A stretch of 64,000 nt of DNA from assembly GCA_047495785.1 (NCBI GenBank), contig JBLDXI010000045.1:434001-498000 (forward strand). Direction: 5' to 3'. Shown here one piece after another: positions 1-16,642 of this stretch. Origin of the DNA: Lepidodermella squamata. Its lineage: Eukaryota; Animalia; Gastrotricha. The notes below the pieces were generated by a model, which had not been told where the DNA came from, did no database searches, and was given only the letters and a program-made list of their open reading frames with translations. How positions within the stretch are numbered: the stretch's first letter is position 1; every line of letters starts with the position of its first letter. Made by a program: the position numbers and the translations under genes.

Positions 1-353
1 AACATTATTTATAAATCCTACAACGTTGCACCAATTTGCACATAAAACAGCCTTGCGAGTTCTCAAATTTTATATTAATCCTTGGGGGAAAAAATTAAAA
101 AAATCGTCCGATTTTGGGTAATCTGAGGGTAAAGAGGGAGCAACGCTTAGAGAATGCCCATGCCAAATTTCATTGAAAATTATTTATAATTTACGATTTA
201 CGAGGCAGATATGGAGGTACTCCCAAATCCCAATCCGAAATTGTATTACATTTTTCAAAAATGGTTATCGCTTCAATCAAATAAGCTTTAAGCCTTTCGA
301 AAACTGGTAATACAGAGAATTTAATGCAAAAAAGCCAGAAGTGATAACCCTTA

Positions 354-1783
354 TTACGCTAATAGCAAAATGTCTCACAAAGTCAAATGTAAATATTGTG
401 TACAAACCTGCTAAGGCTTGAAGAGCTGAATCAAGTGGAGGCTTCAATTCGACGCGTCCAACAAAAGCAACAACAAGCGAAGCGTAGTGATCGTGAACGA
501 GGCCAGACGCCGACGAAGAAAGTTGAGCAAGCCGCAGCCATTCGGAGGCAGCCGATGGTGTTTCATTCATCGATAAAATGCTACCCGCCTCTCGGCTGAG
601 ACCCACCAGCCGGTCTAGGGTCTCGCAAACACCATGCGATGACGCTTGTAGTGTAGCGTCACTGCTTGCGATAAACTGGCGCAGCGATGCCGCTAAACTT
701 TCAATTGTCGAAGAGCCCTGCGAAACAATTGCTGAATTCGACAGCCCATTCGGATTCTGTTGCAGCTTTTGCAATGAAGATCGCGCTTGCGATGACGCGG
801 TATTCAACGCGGGATTGGATATGCCACTTCGTTGGATCAAAGTCAACATAGCCGTTCCGTAGGCACCGAGTGAAAGTAGCAGCGAATCGGTATTCTAGAA
901 AAATATTTTGTTATTTTTAGGTAGAAAACGAGAAAAGGTAACTTACGGAAGTAAAACTGGCAATGCTTTTGCTTCTTTGGCGGCTAGAAACTGAAGCAGC
1001 GGAGTCGTCATCACAATAGTCCAAATTGAGCCGCATATATTCGGGAGGGCAGAGGGAATCGGCGAGTAGCAAGCTTGAAGAGCCCTGCTCGCCTTTGCCG
1101 TGCTTCATTTGCGATTCTAACGACGCAACTTTCGCCTCAAGCATTGAAATCGTCGAATCTTTATCGCTAGAACTCTGCTGCAATTGCTTTTCTAACGTAG
1201 CAACCCTCATCGACAGTTGATCTCGCTCTTGTTTCAGCCCAGCCGTGGCTTTTTGATGCTTTTGTTCCGCGGATAATAAATCGTTTTCAAGAGCACTCAT
1301 TCTCTTCGCGGTTAAATCAGTCTGCTCTTTCGTCATCGCCTCAATATTTTCCAATCGATTTCTCAAATCAGAATTTTCCTGAATACGCTTCATCAATTCC
1401 TGCTCGACAACGTCATCAGGTTGCCGATGATGATCGTTTGCTTTATTCGACTTCCCCGCCGGTTGTGCCTTGCCGTTGAAGGTCGTCATTTCAGACTGTA
1501 GGACTTCGATTCGTTTTAATAATTGGTCATTTCGAAAACGAAATCCGTCCATCTCTGCCTCGACCCGGCGCAATTCTTGATCCTTTTTACGCCGTTCATC
1601 TTCGGCCTGTTTTGATCGTCGCTGTTCCTCGGCGAGTAATCGCTTCAAATCATTGTTTTGCGCCAAAACTTTGGCAATATCGGTCTTCGAACCGGTCGTT
1701 GAAACACTACGACCATCAGGGGTGACAGCTCCGCCGCCAGAAAAGGACGAATGAATACTTTCTACCTCACCTTGCTCGCTCAT
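354..1783 (-). CDS. PPP1R21: PPP1R21/KLRAQ1 (FERRY complex Fy-2) homologue, C-terminally shortened
   Basis: KVLAQNNDLKRLLAEEQ...KKDQELRRVEAEMDGFRFRNDQLLKRIEVLQSEM matches the KLRAQ domain (KLRAQNQVLKK...KDQSLRKLQQEMDSLTFRNLQLAKRVELLQDEL). Phase-0 intron 895-946 joins ORFs 917-1783 and 277-849. A likely last intron 359-407 gives stop at 354-356; unspliced stop is at 277. Confidence 0.8.
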
Positions 1784-1914
1784 ATTTAGGTCATTGTTAC
1801 ACTTAATATAATAAAAAATATACCTAAGAAATAGAAAAAGTTATAACACAAGTCTGAAATTTTATAAATAGAGTGGAAAACTCAACAATGATAACTTGAT
1901 GAGCAACGATAATC

Positions 1915-2650
1915 TCAAGACAATCGAGCTTTTTTAAACCGCTTCGATTTCACAAAATTTGGGTCATCGTAGCATTCTTGAAATAAATCGTCGACAGGTT
2001 TTGTTGGTAAGAAACACTGGCAATGCTTAAGATAGCTCGAGAGTTTTGGATACCGCTCAAAGAGGGATTTTCGCTCGGCAACGCTGAGCACGACGACGGG
2101 AATTTTCGACAAGCACTCGTCAGCAGAATATCGCTTGAAAACCGAGTTGAACAAAATATTGACTTGGGTTACGAGGTAGAACTCTTCGGTGCTCCCGGGA
2201 GTAAGGATGACTTTATCAAGGTCATCAGTGTTTTGAAATTCTTTTATATCCTTGGCCCTAAAAGATAGATCGCTGATTAAACGGTCAATTAGAAACGGGG
2301 ATAATAGCTCACGGAGAGGAGTTTTCTTCTGGGTTTGGTTTCCAGATCTTTGCATAGTTGGGATTTTTCATGCAATCTTCAAACAGCTTGTCAACAGCTT
2401 CCACAGGAATGTATACGTTGCATCGTTGAATATATCGCCTCAGCTCTGGGTATTCAAAAGAAAGATCAAGCTTATCCGCGCTCCTCAAAATGACACGCGG
2501 AAGATTGGTAATCAGCTTCTGAGCGCTTGATCTGAAAACGTTGTCAAAAAGCAGAGTAACATGGCTGAACAGGTAGTGTAAGTCTGGAGAATTGGGTCGC
2601 AGTCGAACTTTGGTCATATCTTCAAGTGCCCAAAGATTCGGCCTGGGCAT
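1915..2650 (-). CDS. Protein with two tandem copies of a ~100-aa SNF5-N/PHF10-SAY-like winged-helix domain
   Basis: ATG 2650 (MPRPNL) after a TTTTTAG acceptor at 2677. A 55-nt intron 2258-2312 (GTGAGC...TTTTAG) joins ORF 2309-2659 in frame to ORF 1915-2355. The two halves align with each other and with 2751-3104. Confidence 0.7.
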
Positions 2651-2750
2651 CTTCAACAATTCAGTGATAAATGCTCCTAAAAATGCAAAATGTGTTCATG
2701 GTTCCACAAGAATGAAAATGTTTATTATAATAAGTATCAAGTATATGATA

Positions 2751-3104
2751 TCACTTCGCAGGACTTTCTTTACCCTTTTTCGGCTTGAGCTTCACTTTTA
2801 CCAATGAGGGCATTGAGAAACATTCTTTGAAAAGGAGTCCAACAAGCGTAGCATTCATGTAATAGTTACAGAATCTCAAGTACTTTGCTAAATCCGGGTA
2901 TATTTTCACCATATCAGATTTCTCCGCACCGGTGAGAATAACTTGCGGAATTTCTTCCAAAAATGGATGAGCTTGTGGTTTGAAAGTGTTTTTGAACAGT
3001 ACAGACACTTGTGTACCTAGGTAGTAATCATCCTCTGAATCTGGATCTATTCGAATTTTCGGCAGCTCGCTCAGAGTCACAAATGGGCAGGGCTTCTTCG
3101 GCAT
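2751..3104 (-). CDS. Single-domain paralogue of the SNF5-N/SAY-like protein
   Basis: 117-aa ORF homologous to both downstream repeats (YYLGTQVSVLF / HYLFSHVTLLF / FYLVTQVNILF; YPDL / YPEL / YPKL; LLFKEC / KLFEDC / DLFQEC). AATAAA follows the stop. Could alternatively splice (2773-2677) into the next gene. Confidence 0.7.
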   Translation of the reverse strand: MPKKPCPFVTLSELPKIRIDPDSEDDYYLGTQVSVLFKNTFKPQAHPFLEEIPQVILTGAEKSDMVKIYPDLAKYLRFCNYYMNATLVGLLFKECFSMPSLVKVKLKPKKGKESPAK

Positions 3105-5499
3105 ATCTGCCCCCTTACATCACGTCATTCTTCACTTTCTAAGATAAACTAGTAACAAAAATATATAATCCATCATCCCATCATTGAAGCAAGATCTCTA
3201 ACGTTAATGAAAATGAATAACAGATGACAGACATCCTGAGGTAATGCCCTGCGCCCTGAAGAATGTATAAGTATGTTCAGGACTGACGACTTAGGAGCTG
3301 ACTGTTGGAAGTGAAATGTGAAATAAAAAACTAATAACGTGATTGAGCTCAGGAACCCAAAACCTTGCAAAAATGACTGAGCATGGGTACAAAAAACCCT
3401 GATAGTATCCAAAAACCAATTAAGCAGTATAAGTCAGTAGTCAAGAGACAAGATATTTAATTCATGCCATAACTAACATAATTACGATTTGAGCAATGTT
3501 ACTGTTCTTAACATATTTGGAATGCAACTGAGCAGAAGACCATAGAATGAGAAAAGTCAACCAATTCCTTTGCTTATATTCAACGCAATGCCGGCAGGAG
3601 AGGCTGTGCGAAAAAGGGGCTCTTTCCAGTTGATTGATAATAAGCTGCCCGATATTATTTTTATATGAACACATGAATTTGAGAAAAATGTAAATGATTT
3701 TTATTTGCAAGAGAAATAAAATAAATTTTTGTATTTTGCCTTATATTTTATCCTCAAGGTCTGTTGCTTGCCGCGCGAAAATTCAAAAACACCTGGCTGG
3801 CCATGGCCATAGACGCGCTTGACTGGGCTGGGGTGTGTAGCTTTTGGCGATGGAGCTGCCAGAATTCTCTTGAATTCTCATGAATTCTGCATCATGTCGG
3901 TCATTTCAATCCCATGCATCTTACACGAGCGTTTTGAGCGTGAAGTCGGTTACACGACACGGTTGTAAAGAAATGTTACACGTTAAATGTCCAACACTTT
4001 ATTGGGAAAAGTTACTGCTGACCTGATAAAATGGACAAGGATATTTGATGAATACTCTTTCAACAATGTTTCACAGCGTTTTACACTTCATTTTTAAATC
4101 TGTGCTTACTGCATGGCTTAATAATGCATCATGAAGTCGGTCAACAACAAGCAACCAAAAAGAAGCTCTCCTAGTACACCCTTCACAATTAGGGGACGTC
4201 CCGATTGGTAACGTGTAACGTCCGACATAGTAATACTGATACCAGATATTACTGTTTTATTTGCTACAATTTTCCTCGCTATTCGCAACAAATTGTCCTG
4301 GCGTCTCACCACAGATGTCTTATCTTGTTCAAGATTCAAGATCACAAGCAACGCTTCATATAAGTATATATTTTAAAAACTTGATACAAAACTCTCAATG
4401 CCATAGGCTTGTCGTCTCTCGGGCGAACAACATGAAATAACTGAATATTTGGCGTAGACGATTCCTCTTACATTAGGTAGCTTTTGATATATTAGTTAAC
4501 GAACTTGGTTGAATTTGAAGTTCCTGATCTCAGCGATTATCGTTACTTCAACAATTTTCCGTGAATAGCGAAAAAGTTGTTGCAGAAAAATGCATTGGCA
4601 GACATGTATCGATTGCAAGACAGTCGAACTATGCTACTATTTGCGGATATTGTAAATTTGAACGCAAAACCTGATTTCGCTGATTGGACTGCGCTAAATA
4701 TGAAGAAGCAGGAGTGTGTGCCCAATTACATAAATTGTAAAAGATTAAGCCAATCATACGACTGCAATTTTGAGAGGTGAAAATGCGGGCTTATGAGACT
4801 TCGAAGGTCGACAAGCCTCGTATAAACCCAGGTCACGCATGAAAACACCCGCGGTAGGTGTAGGAGTACAAAGTGTAAAATCAAAGATCGATGGGATTGG
4901 AAGTGATTTGCAGATCATGTATGCGCTGACAATAATTGTGATAAAATTAGACGGTATTAATATTAACATGAAATATATATTGGTATTGCTCATTTTCCTT
5001 CTTCGTGTTTTTTCTCGTAATTTTGAATTCGCTTTGGTCAAAAAACGTAAATCAATAATAAGAAATGGGTTCGGTATGTTTTTTTTGCATTTCTCAAGCT
5101 AAAATATATGAAAATCTTGGAAGAAAGTGAAGCTGCTCTTGAAACTTCTTGAATAGCACAATTTTCAAGGATTGACAGCTTTGGATTCGTCGTCTTCATT
5201 CCATATATAATATATATTTTCACCTTCAACTTCAGCGTGAAAACAATCCAGATTTTTTGCAAATGTAATTTTGGGAGAGCACGCGTTTCAATATTATTTG
5301 CCGTGCACATTTCAATTCCCTGTCTCACCTTTTTGCAAAAAAATTGATCCATGTCTGCGAGACCTGGCCTGACCTGGCCCGTGCGACTCGTGCCAAGGAC
5401 AACCCATCCACGTGCCGCCAAAAATTAACCTGTCCACGCAGTTTTGAATAACAAAAAGTTACACTTGCTTACCGGGAAGTGGACTAGACTTTTTTATTT

Positions 5500-8400
5500 T
5501 GTGTCCTCGCGGAATTTGAAGTTATTTTTCGATTGAATTTCGTGGATTTCCGTCTGAGTGACAAGCGTCGCTGTTGCTCGGCACGGTTGTATTTCTAGCA
5601 TAAAATGCATTTATCACCACTAGGTTTATCATTATTATTTTTATTTGTTATGTCTAAATTATAGGCGAAATCCAATTTGCGGTTCATTACTTCCCTTTCA
5701 CCATTTTAATCCGAAATGCCTCAAGGTTTGCGCCTGTGACCTGCTCGCCGAACTTATGTAGATTGTACAAGATGCATACACGTTTAGCGTAGGCCCATTA
5801 TTAAATTTTCTTCGACGCGTTTTGTACGGCTCCTTAAGCGCTGGCTTTTATTATATTTTAATATTAGTAATGGCGGCGCCGCATGCTTCGTCACCGCTAC
5901 GGTAAAAATGCTCATCCTCTCTGCCCTTCGATTACAATATTTATTATTAATAATAGTAATAATAAAAGACGCAACTTGGTCCTGAGCACAGGGGATGGGC
6001 AGCACACACGGCAAAATGAATTAACCGGCGTGCTGCTGTCTCTGTTTATGGGCGTATTACCGTTCCGCCGTAGTCGCGCGCGCTACGTTTTTGCCTCAAA
6101 TGATAATAATGAAATATTACTATTCCCGTGCCTGCAATTAGAAGATTGGCAAGAAGAAAGGTCGCCATCATCATCATCACATCATCACGACGTCTTCTAT
6201 TCGTTTCGATACAAAACGAGGCGAAAATACTTTTATCCACGTAGCCGACGCCAGAGCGAAATATTAAAGCGCATATTATTAGCAGCAGCATCAGCAGCTC
6301 AGGATATATGCTCGAGCGACCAACATGTCCCGATCATCATCATCGTCGTCAGTGAATGACGAGCGATGCGCGTGACAGTTCAGGCGTGTGGAATACTATT
6401 CGGCAAAACTTGCCAAATTATTCGCCTCTGGCCGCGAGCACACGTTGACGCCGAAGACACTTGACATGTGTTCACGCTAATTTATTAGGTATTGCGCCAT
6501 CAAGTGCGCCGGCGCCGCTCGCTCGGTGCCGAAAATAACACAGAAGCGCGGTTTTACTTTACGCCCGCCAGCGCTAACCGTACGAATTAGCCGCCGAGTG
6601 AGCCACCTGAGGGATGGTGGCGGTGGTGTAATAAAGTCGATGATCTAGAATTTCCGCGCCGTATTAAAACCCCACTTCACCCCGCTTTCTTTTTCGTGTT
6701 TTCGCAAAACATCTGCTACTGGATACTTCGCCTATCGAGTGCGTAACCAAATACGAACATTTTGTATCATCTGACCTAGGGAGTAATAAAACTGGTGTCT
6801 CGCTCGCGGCGATTTGCGATACGGCTCGAGTGTAAGATAATCCGAGCCCAGGCGCAGTGTCACCCACCCATCGCATGCATAATTCGCGTGATGACACAAA
6901 TTCCTGTACTCATCATCATCGATGCTATTCGTCGTCGCACTGGTGATTGACTCCGTGCACACGCCCGCTCGACGCTGATCCGCTCACGGCGACGGTGGCC
7001 ACTCGACTTTGCGCGCGTGTCACTTGCGCAATTTCGATGGTTTTACAGCGCTTAGGTGTAAGTGGCCACAAATTGCTGCTGCTGGTGATAACAACGCCTC
7101 GAGGCCCTTAAGCCGTGTCATCACCCTTCTGTTATCTACCTTACAAGAGCTTATTTACAAGACAGATTTAGCTTTACAGCTATAGGTGATTATTATTATT
7201 ATTTCGCAATAAATCCGCCATCAGGTAAATAACAATTTAATTGCGCAACAATAAAACTCGACACATCATTCATCGGATAAATCAGTTCATTCGCTACAAT
7301 TTCCAGTGTCATAGTAAGTAGTGTTATTTTTTGCTTTTCTTCTGTCTGTCTTTCAGTCTACCTCCGGGTGTGGATAGGATTTTTTGCCTTAAAATAATCA
7401 CTCCCAGGTCGTTTTGGTGTGGTGTTTACGTTTTTTGTGTTGTAAGGCGCCACGTGCAAACCACGTTCCACGTTTTTTGCACACATTTTCTGTGTCTGGT
7501 CGTCGTTTTTGATAATCACAACCTTGATTATTATTTCTCGATTGTTGCGCACCAACATCGACATACGGCGGCGATGGATTTCGTGATTCTTTTTTATAAC
7601 TACTATCGGTGTCATTTGCTATGCGTGTTCAGTAATTGTGAAGGATATGACCGAGAGTTTAATTCCGGGGCGGCGTGGCGCGGCTTTGATGAGCAGGTGC
7701 CTTGCGGCCTGCTTGCGTCAAAACGGATGACGATGATACAGCCCCGCAATTCTCGGTTTCGTGTGTGGTTGTATATGTGCATGCGGCGGCACGCCAGCAA
7801 TTTGCCGGTGTCGGGCGGTAATGCGCGTTGTGATCGGCAGCGATCATCAGAGACATCTGCGCGTCTGTCGAGCACCAGCAAATTACTGCTATTACTCTGT
7901 TATTACTATTTCGAGACACGCTCCTTCGCTCAGGTCTCTCTTTTTCGGTGTTCGCATTAGCAATGCGGTCGTGCGCGCGAGCGAATAATATTTGATCGCT
8001 TTGGCATCGCGACCCGCCTGGCCTGCTCGCTTCGCCGCGCCGTTCGTTCGCCGTTCGTTCATTCGCGCTTTGACAGGAATTTTACACGGGCAACACAACA
8101 ACAACACGCAGAAATTGCACGCGTTGCATTGAGTTTGTAATTTGCGGATGCGATGCGCGTATCCCGCGGGAATTTTTTTCTTCGTGTGCCATGTCGCATT
8201 TGACTCCTCTCTCTGTGTCTGTGACTGCGCGCGCGCACACACGCACGCTCAAATGAATGCGCGGTTCTTTACCACCTCTCCGATACTCCTTCGTGTTCGT
8301 TCGGCCCTGTGCGCGCGCGCTATCAATTTTATTACTTTATTATTAGCATGGTGTGTTGTATCGAAAAGCGGTGATGGGTAGCGACTGCTTTCGGCTGTCA

Positions 8401-11370
8401 ATTATGCAAACGCGGTGTTGAAAATTTTTCGCCTGGCTCAACCTCCTGTCTTGTCGCATTCTGCGATACAGATAGTGACGTCTTTATTATTATTCATTCA
8501 TCGCGTCCGGAGGTGGTGTCGCACTTTGGCGCGTGTTCGAGTAAGTAGCCGGGCGACAAGATGCTGACACTTAGGATCACCGAGAATCGCAAACACCAGC
8601 AATTGACAACCGAGGCGCGCGCGCGCTGTCATATTATTATTATTATTATCATCATTTCGCAGCTTCATCGCCACCCCTCTCCTACGAGCAATAAATGGTA
8701 ATAGGCCTGGCGAATTGATTTAGCCGAACAGATAGGTCGACGGCGCGTGCGCGTGCATCGCTAGCCCATCCCTAAACATGATTATCCAACTCTGGGCTAC
8801 GCGTGACATCTGTGACGGAACGAGGCGCGGCTAATCTGCGCATTGACATCTGTTTGGCGCTGGCCAATCGCAACGCGTCCAGGTCCCGACACATCAGGTT
8901 ATTACGTTCATTTAGTGGCATCGACTCAGCGAGGCGCAATTGACTAAGCCCACAATTAGGTGACCATTAACACCCGAGTGAACTCAGTCATTTTCAAATT
9001 GCATACTCCTATATACGTTTTTAATATACTGGTTTTCGAGGTGATCGTTATATTGGGCGAGTGCGGCGGGGTCGCGTAAAGAGTAGTAAATCGCTTCGTT
9101 CGCATGGCTGCGATAGAATTCGATTTCAAAAAAGCCGCGCCTGCCTGATTCACACCTTCACACTATTTTTGACTTGCTGGTGGCAGCATTCCGCTAATCC
9201 GCGCGCCGCTCTTCAGATCTGCGCGCCGCATCGCATGCGCGACACCTTGTCGCTCAAGTACCGACACGCCCGGTCCGGTGCGGACGCGCTCAAGTAGCCA
9301 TGATTGCACTCGACAACTTCCGCATTACCGGCTCTTGAAACTACTCGTGTACCATCATGTCAGTCGTGACGTGATTTCATTTATAAACCCGGCCTCAACC
9401 TTGGTTGCTAATAGTTTGTGTCTGGCTCGCGAAGTCTCGCTAATGATTTCGAATTTTGGCGCGCTCAAGTTTTTGTAGAATATATTTACCTTATTGCTAT
9501 CTTTCGCTCTCAATATGTCACTTTTCTAAATGATAGTATTTGATCTGCGCGTAATTTGTAACAGAAGCGCTGTTTGTCGGCGAACAGGCGAGAATGCTAA
9601 TTGTCACCGTGGCAGATGTTCTCTAGGTAATAATTGCCCGCCGTGGCTTTTGAGCAGGGCGTTGCGGCGGAAATCGCTCAGCTTTTCGGGGGCGGCCAAA
9701 TTTTATTAGCGAAATTTATCAATAAATAGGCTTAGTCATTTAGCAGCAGCGCGGCCACCAGGCAGGCGTTTGATGTGCAGTGTCGCGCCCTCGGTGTGTC
9801 ACAGTAAACACCAGGCACTCACTCGGCGAGTGACTCGAGGGCGCGGAAGAGGGAGATGATACAAACATTGCAGCGCGGCCTCTAATTGCGGCGGCGGGTC
9901 TAATAACCTATGCACACTTATTTCAATCTATTTTGCTTCCCCGCACTCCGGCCGAGTGTGTATTTTGCAATCATCGTTCGTCACGCTGCAGGAGGCAATT
10001 TTCACGCTTTCGTATTGAATAGGAGCCACTTCTTCTTAATCTTACCTCGAAGGATTTTAGTGTCCCCGTCATATTATTATTATTTATGCCACCACTTCTA
10101 CGTCGTCGATATTAGTATGCGATGATGATTATTCCCCGTCCGTAATCATCGGCACGCGCCCCTCATACTTTAAGTGAGTAAGTTTTCAAGAACCATCCGA
10201 TTGTTGTCTGGCAAGCTACTTCATTATACGCTATTATTACTACCATTTTACTGCAACATTGCTGTTGATGGTGATAATAATAATGACAAATAAATAGCGA
10301 ACGGATTTGCATCTACTTCTGCGTGCTTTCGCCTAAATCGCTCCTGCGGGCGACAAAAGTATCGCCGCGGAAACGAAAACCATTATCTGCTGTCATTTAT
10401 CACCATAATATATCGCCTTGCTTAAGAAACAACTTTGTCGCATGGTCGTCGTTTGTACTACCTACAACTACTACCTTTTTTTATGCCTCAGAGGTGTGAA
10501 GACGCAGAGATGAAACTTAGCCGCGCGTCGACAGGTGTAATTAAACAGCTGCAATAAACGTAAATAACGAACAAGGTGTTCGCCCGGCGTGGCGCGGCGC
10601 GGCAGAAACTGGCTACCTTAGCGTCAAGTGCTATTCTATACTACCCGTCTTTAGTTTGTTGGTTTGTTAGTCGCGTATAGGTGGTTGCAATGATGATTAT
10701 GATTATGATGATAGTGTGTTGTTGGGTAGCGAGGAGCAGGAAGATGCGATCTTCAGCTTATCGCCGCCTTAAATACTAATATTTATCTGGTAAACGGTGT
10801 AAATTTACGTGTTTGCCAGGAACAACACCTTGTTGGCCCGGGTTAAAAATTATGATGATCACGGCCGCCTTTGTAGTTTTTACGGGTGGGGCGCGGCAGC
10901 GGCCGTTTTGAACAGGTGGCCTGCACAGGCGGTTTCATCGTCGTCGTTATAAGTACACACGTAATAATAAATAGACTCCATATCCCCAAGTGATATTAGC
11001 GCGATTATTTGGCTCGAGCAATAATAATCAAAAACGGTAAGAAATCATCATCTTTTTGCAGCGCGCGTCCACCTGTCATTCTTTCCTCCCTATTGCGGCG
11101 CCATAAACAAATGTGGTGCACATTATTACAAGGTAGATGTTTTTTTGCTGCCTCATTTCGAAACTAGGTGTGTGCGCGCGCCGAACATTAAAACTAGTGA
11201 AGTCACGTACCACACTGCCATTACTTCGACAAGCACCTAGCACAACACTTACCTAGTCTGGCCGGTGATCTCACTCACTCAACTCACGTTTCATCGTAAT
11301 CTCGCTAGAAAACTCTTCCGCAACTTGTGTCAATGAAAAAATATACATCGGTTTCTTTTTTCTATAATAG
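5500..11370. promoter_or_regulatory. Extended cis-regulatory region upstream of ZEB
   Basis: No credible ORF or exon chain over ~6 kb in an otherwise packed genome. Rich in GCGCGC, (TTA)n, (ATC)n, TGTCA, TAATT and CACCT/AGGTG motifs, and lies directly upstream of a developmental transcription factor. Confidence 0.6.
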
Positions 11371-11398
11371 AGATTGGTACTGTGCAATAGTTAATTGG

Positions 11399-14979
<3,581 letters not shown>

Positions 14980-16201
14980 TCGCTATTTACTGCTTTTTCT
15001 CTACTCTCGTTTTTTTTGTACAAAAAAAATATGCAAAATTTGTTCTGTCTTCCCGCCGCCACGCTTTTTGTTTGCCGTCTTCCGAAAGAATGAGCCTTAA
15101 AATCCACCGGTCTTCCAGTTGTACATAAAATTTTCGAATGATTTTTTTGTCTCTTGATTCTTCCTCATCTTATTACTATTATTATTATTAAAGAAAGAAA
15201 TCCTCGATTTTTTGATTGATTGATTTGACTTTGATTGATATTGATAATCGCGAGCAATCACGCTAGTCGTCTTCCAGTTTTTTTTTTACACTGAGCAATC
15301 AACTCCTGGTATTATTTGATGCGACTAGTCTTCCTATTATTCGATGAAAAGCTAATCAGCTGGTTCTACGCCAACGCTTCTTTCAATTTATAATCGGTAG
15401 CTTCATCACTACGACTACTCTTATATATCACCCTAAGTTTGAGCACGAGCTACTTGATCAAAAACTAACGAATTCGTATGTACAAAGTTTGCGCTATTTA
15501 CCCACAGTCATTTATACCTGTCTCTTATTATTGGACGTCGACCGCTTGTGCCATTAACCGAGCTGGTTTGTAGTATAGATTCTTATTAACCTCTTGATCG
15601 TTCGATGTAGTGGTGTCACATCTAGTCAAAATGTTGTGTACATACCGCGTCAGGACAATCATTCCGCGCGCGCGCCCTGAAAGAAGCGTGTATTCTTCAG
15701 TGAAATGAAATGACTCAAGGTCTCTTCTCTCTATTTTTTTGTTGTCTGTGGCCATATCTTTCGCCTTTGTAAATAGCGATGCTGAAAAAGTTCTCTCTAT
15801 CTTGTCACCACTTGAAGCGTAAATTATCAAGGCTTTATCCGTTGATGGTTGTTCACGTGTTGCATAAGAAAAACCGTGTTGTAAAGTACTGTATAAGCTA
15901 TATATGCGGGTTTCACTTTTCGAAAAAGTGGCGCCTCTATATTTCACCGTTGTGTTTATGCCTCAGAAGTCTATTCGTCTCTTTTTGTCTGCATACTACA
16001 AATATTTACGCATCTGAATATGTAACGAATATAAATGTTAATATTATTATTATTATTACCTACAAAGTCGTTGCTCTTATTTAGCTTATTTCGTGAAAAA
16101 GTGAACGTTTCGTTGTTTTTTTGAAAAAAAGATGAATAGTAATATGATTAAATATTGGCGAGCGAGCTGCAGTTTATATGTACAAGAAATGATTTAATAA
16201 A
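14980..16201 (+). promoter_or_regulatory. Long ZEB 3'UTR with miR-7, miR-279 and Pumilio elements
   Basis: Five GTCTTCC (15047, 15077, 15110, 15269, 15328); ATCTAGTCA at 15620; TGTAHATA at 15120, 15637 and 15768; AATAAA at 16196. Confidence 0.7.
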
Positions 16202-16642
16202 GACTGCATTTTCAATACATCTGTTTTTTTGAGACTTGGGTTGATGCCGATGAAAAAGGCAATGAAAAACATGAAAATTTCATTCAAGGCCGAGATTTCA
16301 AACAATGAATTCATTCAAATGGATAACATGGCTATTGAATCAGACAAGGCCCGAAAATATGTTTAGTAAACAGCTTTTCCAATGCAAAAGTGAGGTCCGA
16401 TGCAAAATTCAAGTAAAAACACATAAAAACCGAATATGAACTGAAAATTTATTCGATATAATATCATACCCAATTAGTGTAATCTCGAGGCACAAGACAA
16501 TAAAGATGGAATATCATATTGAAAAGTCAATGAGCAATGTATCATTTCATCAAATAATTGAGCTATATCATAAGTGAAGGAAACGATGAAAATAACACAA
16601 TGAACGGCACAGCACGATTAGGGATCAATGGATATAAAATTT

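Noticed and set aside
3750-5500. Possible decayed DNA transposon (CCTGGC-rich ends, CxxH-like remnant)
   Set aside because: No convincing TIR pair, TSD or transposase motif could be established.
5784-10125. Many overlapping 65-209 aa ORFs upstream of ZEB
   Set aside because: No domains, no codon bias and no consistent exon chain; best explained as chance ORFs in GC-rich regulatory DNA.
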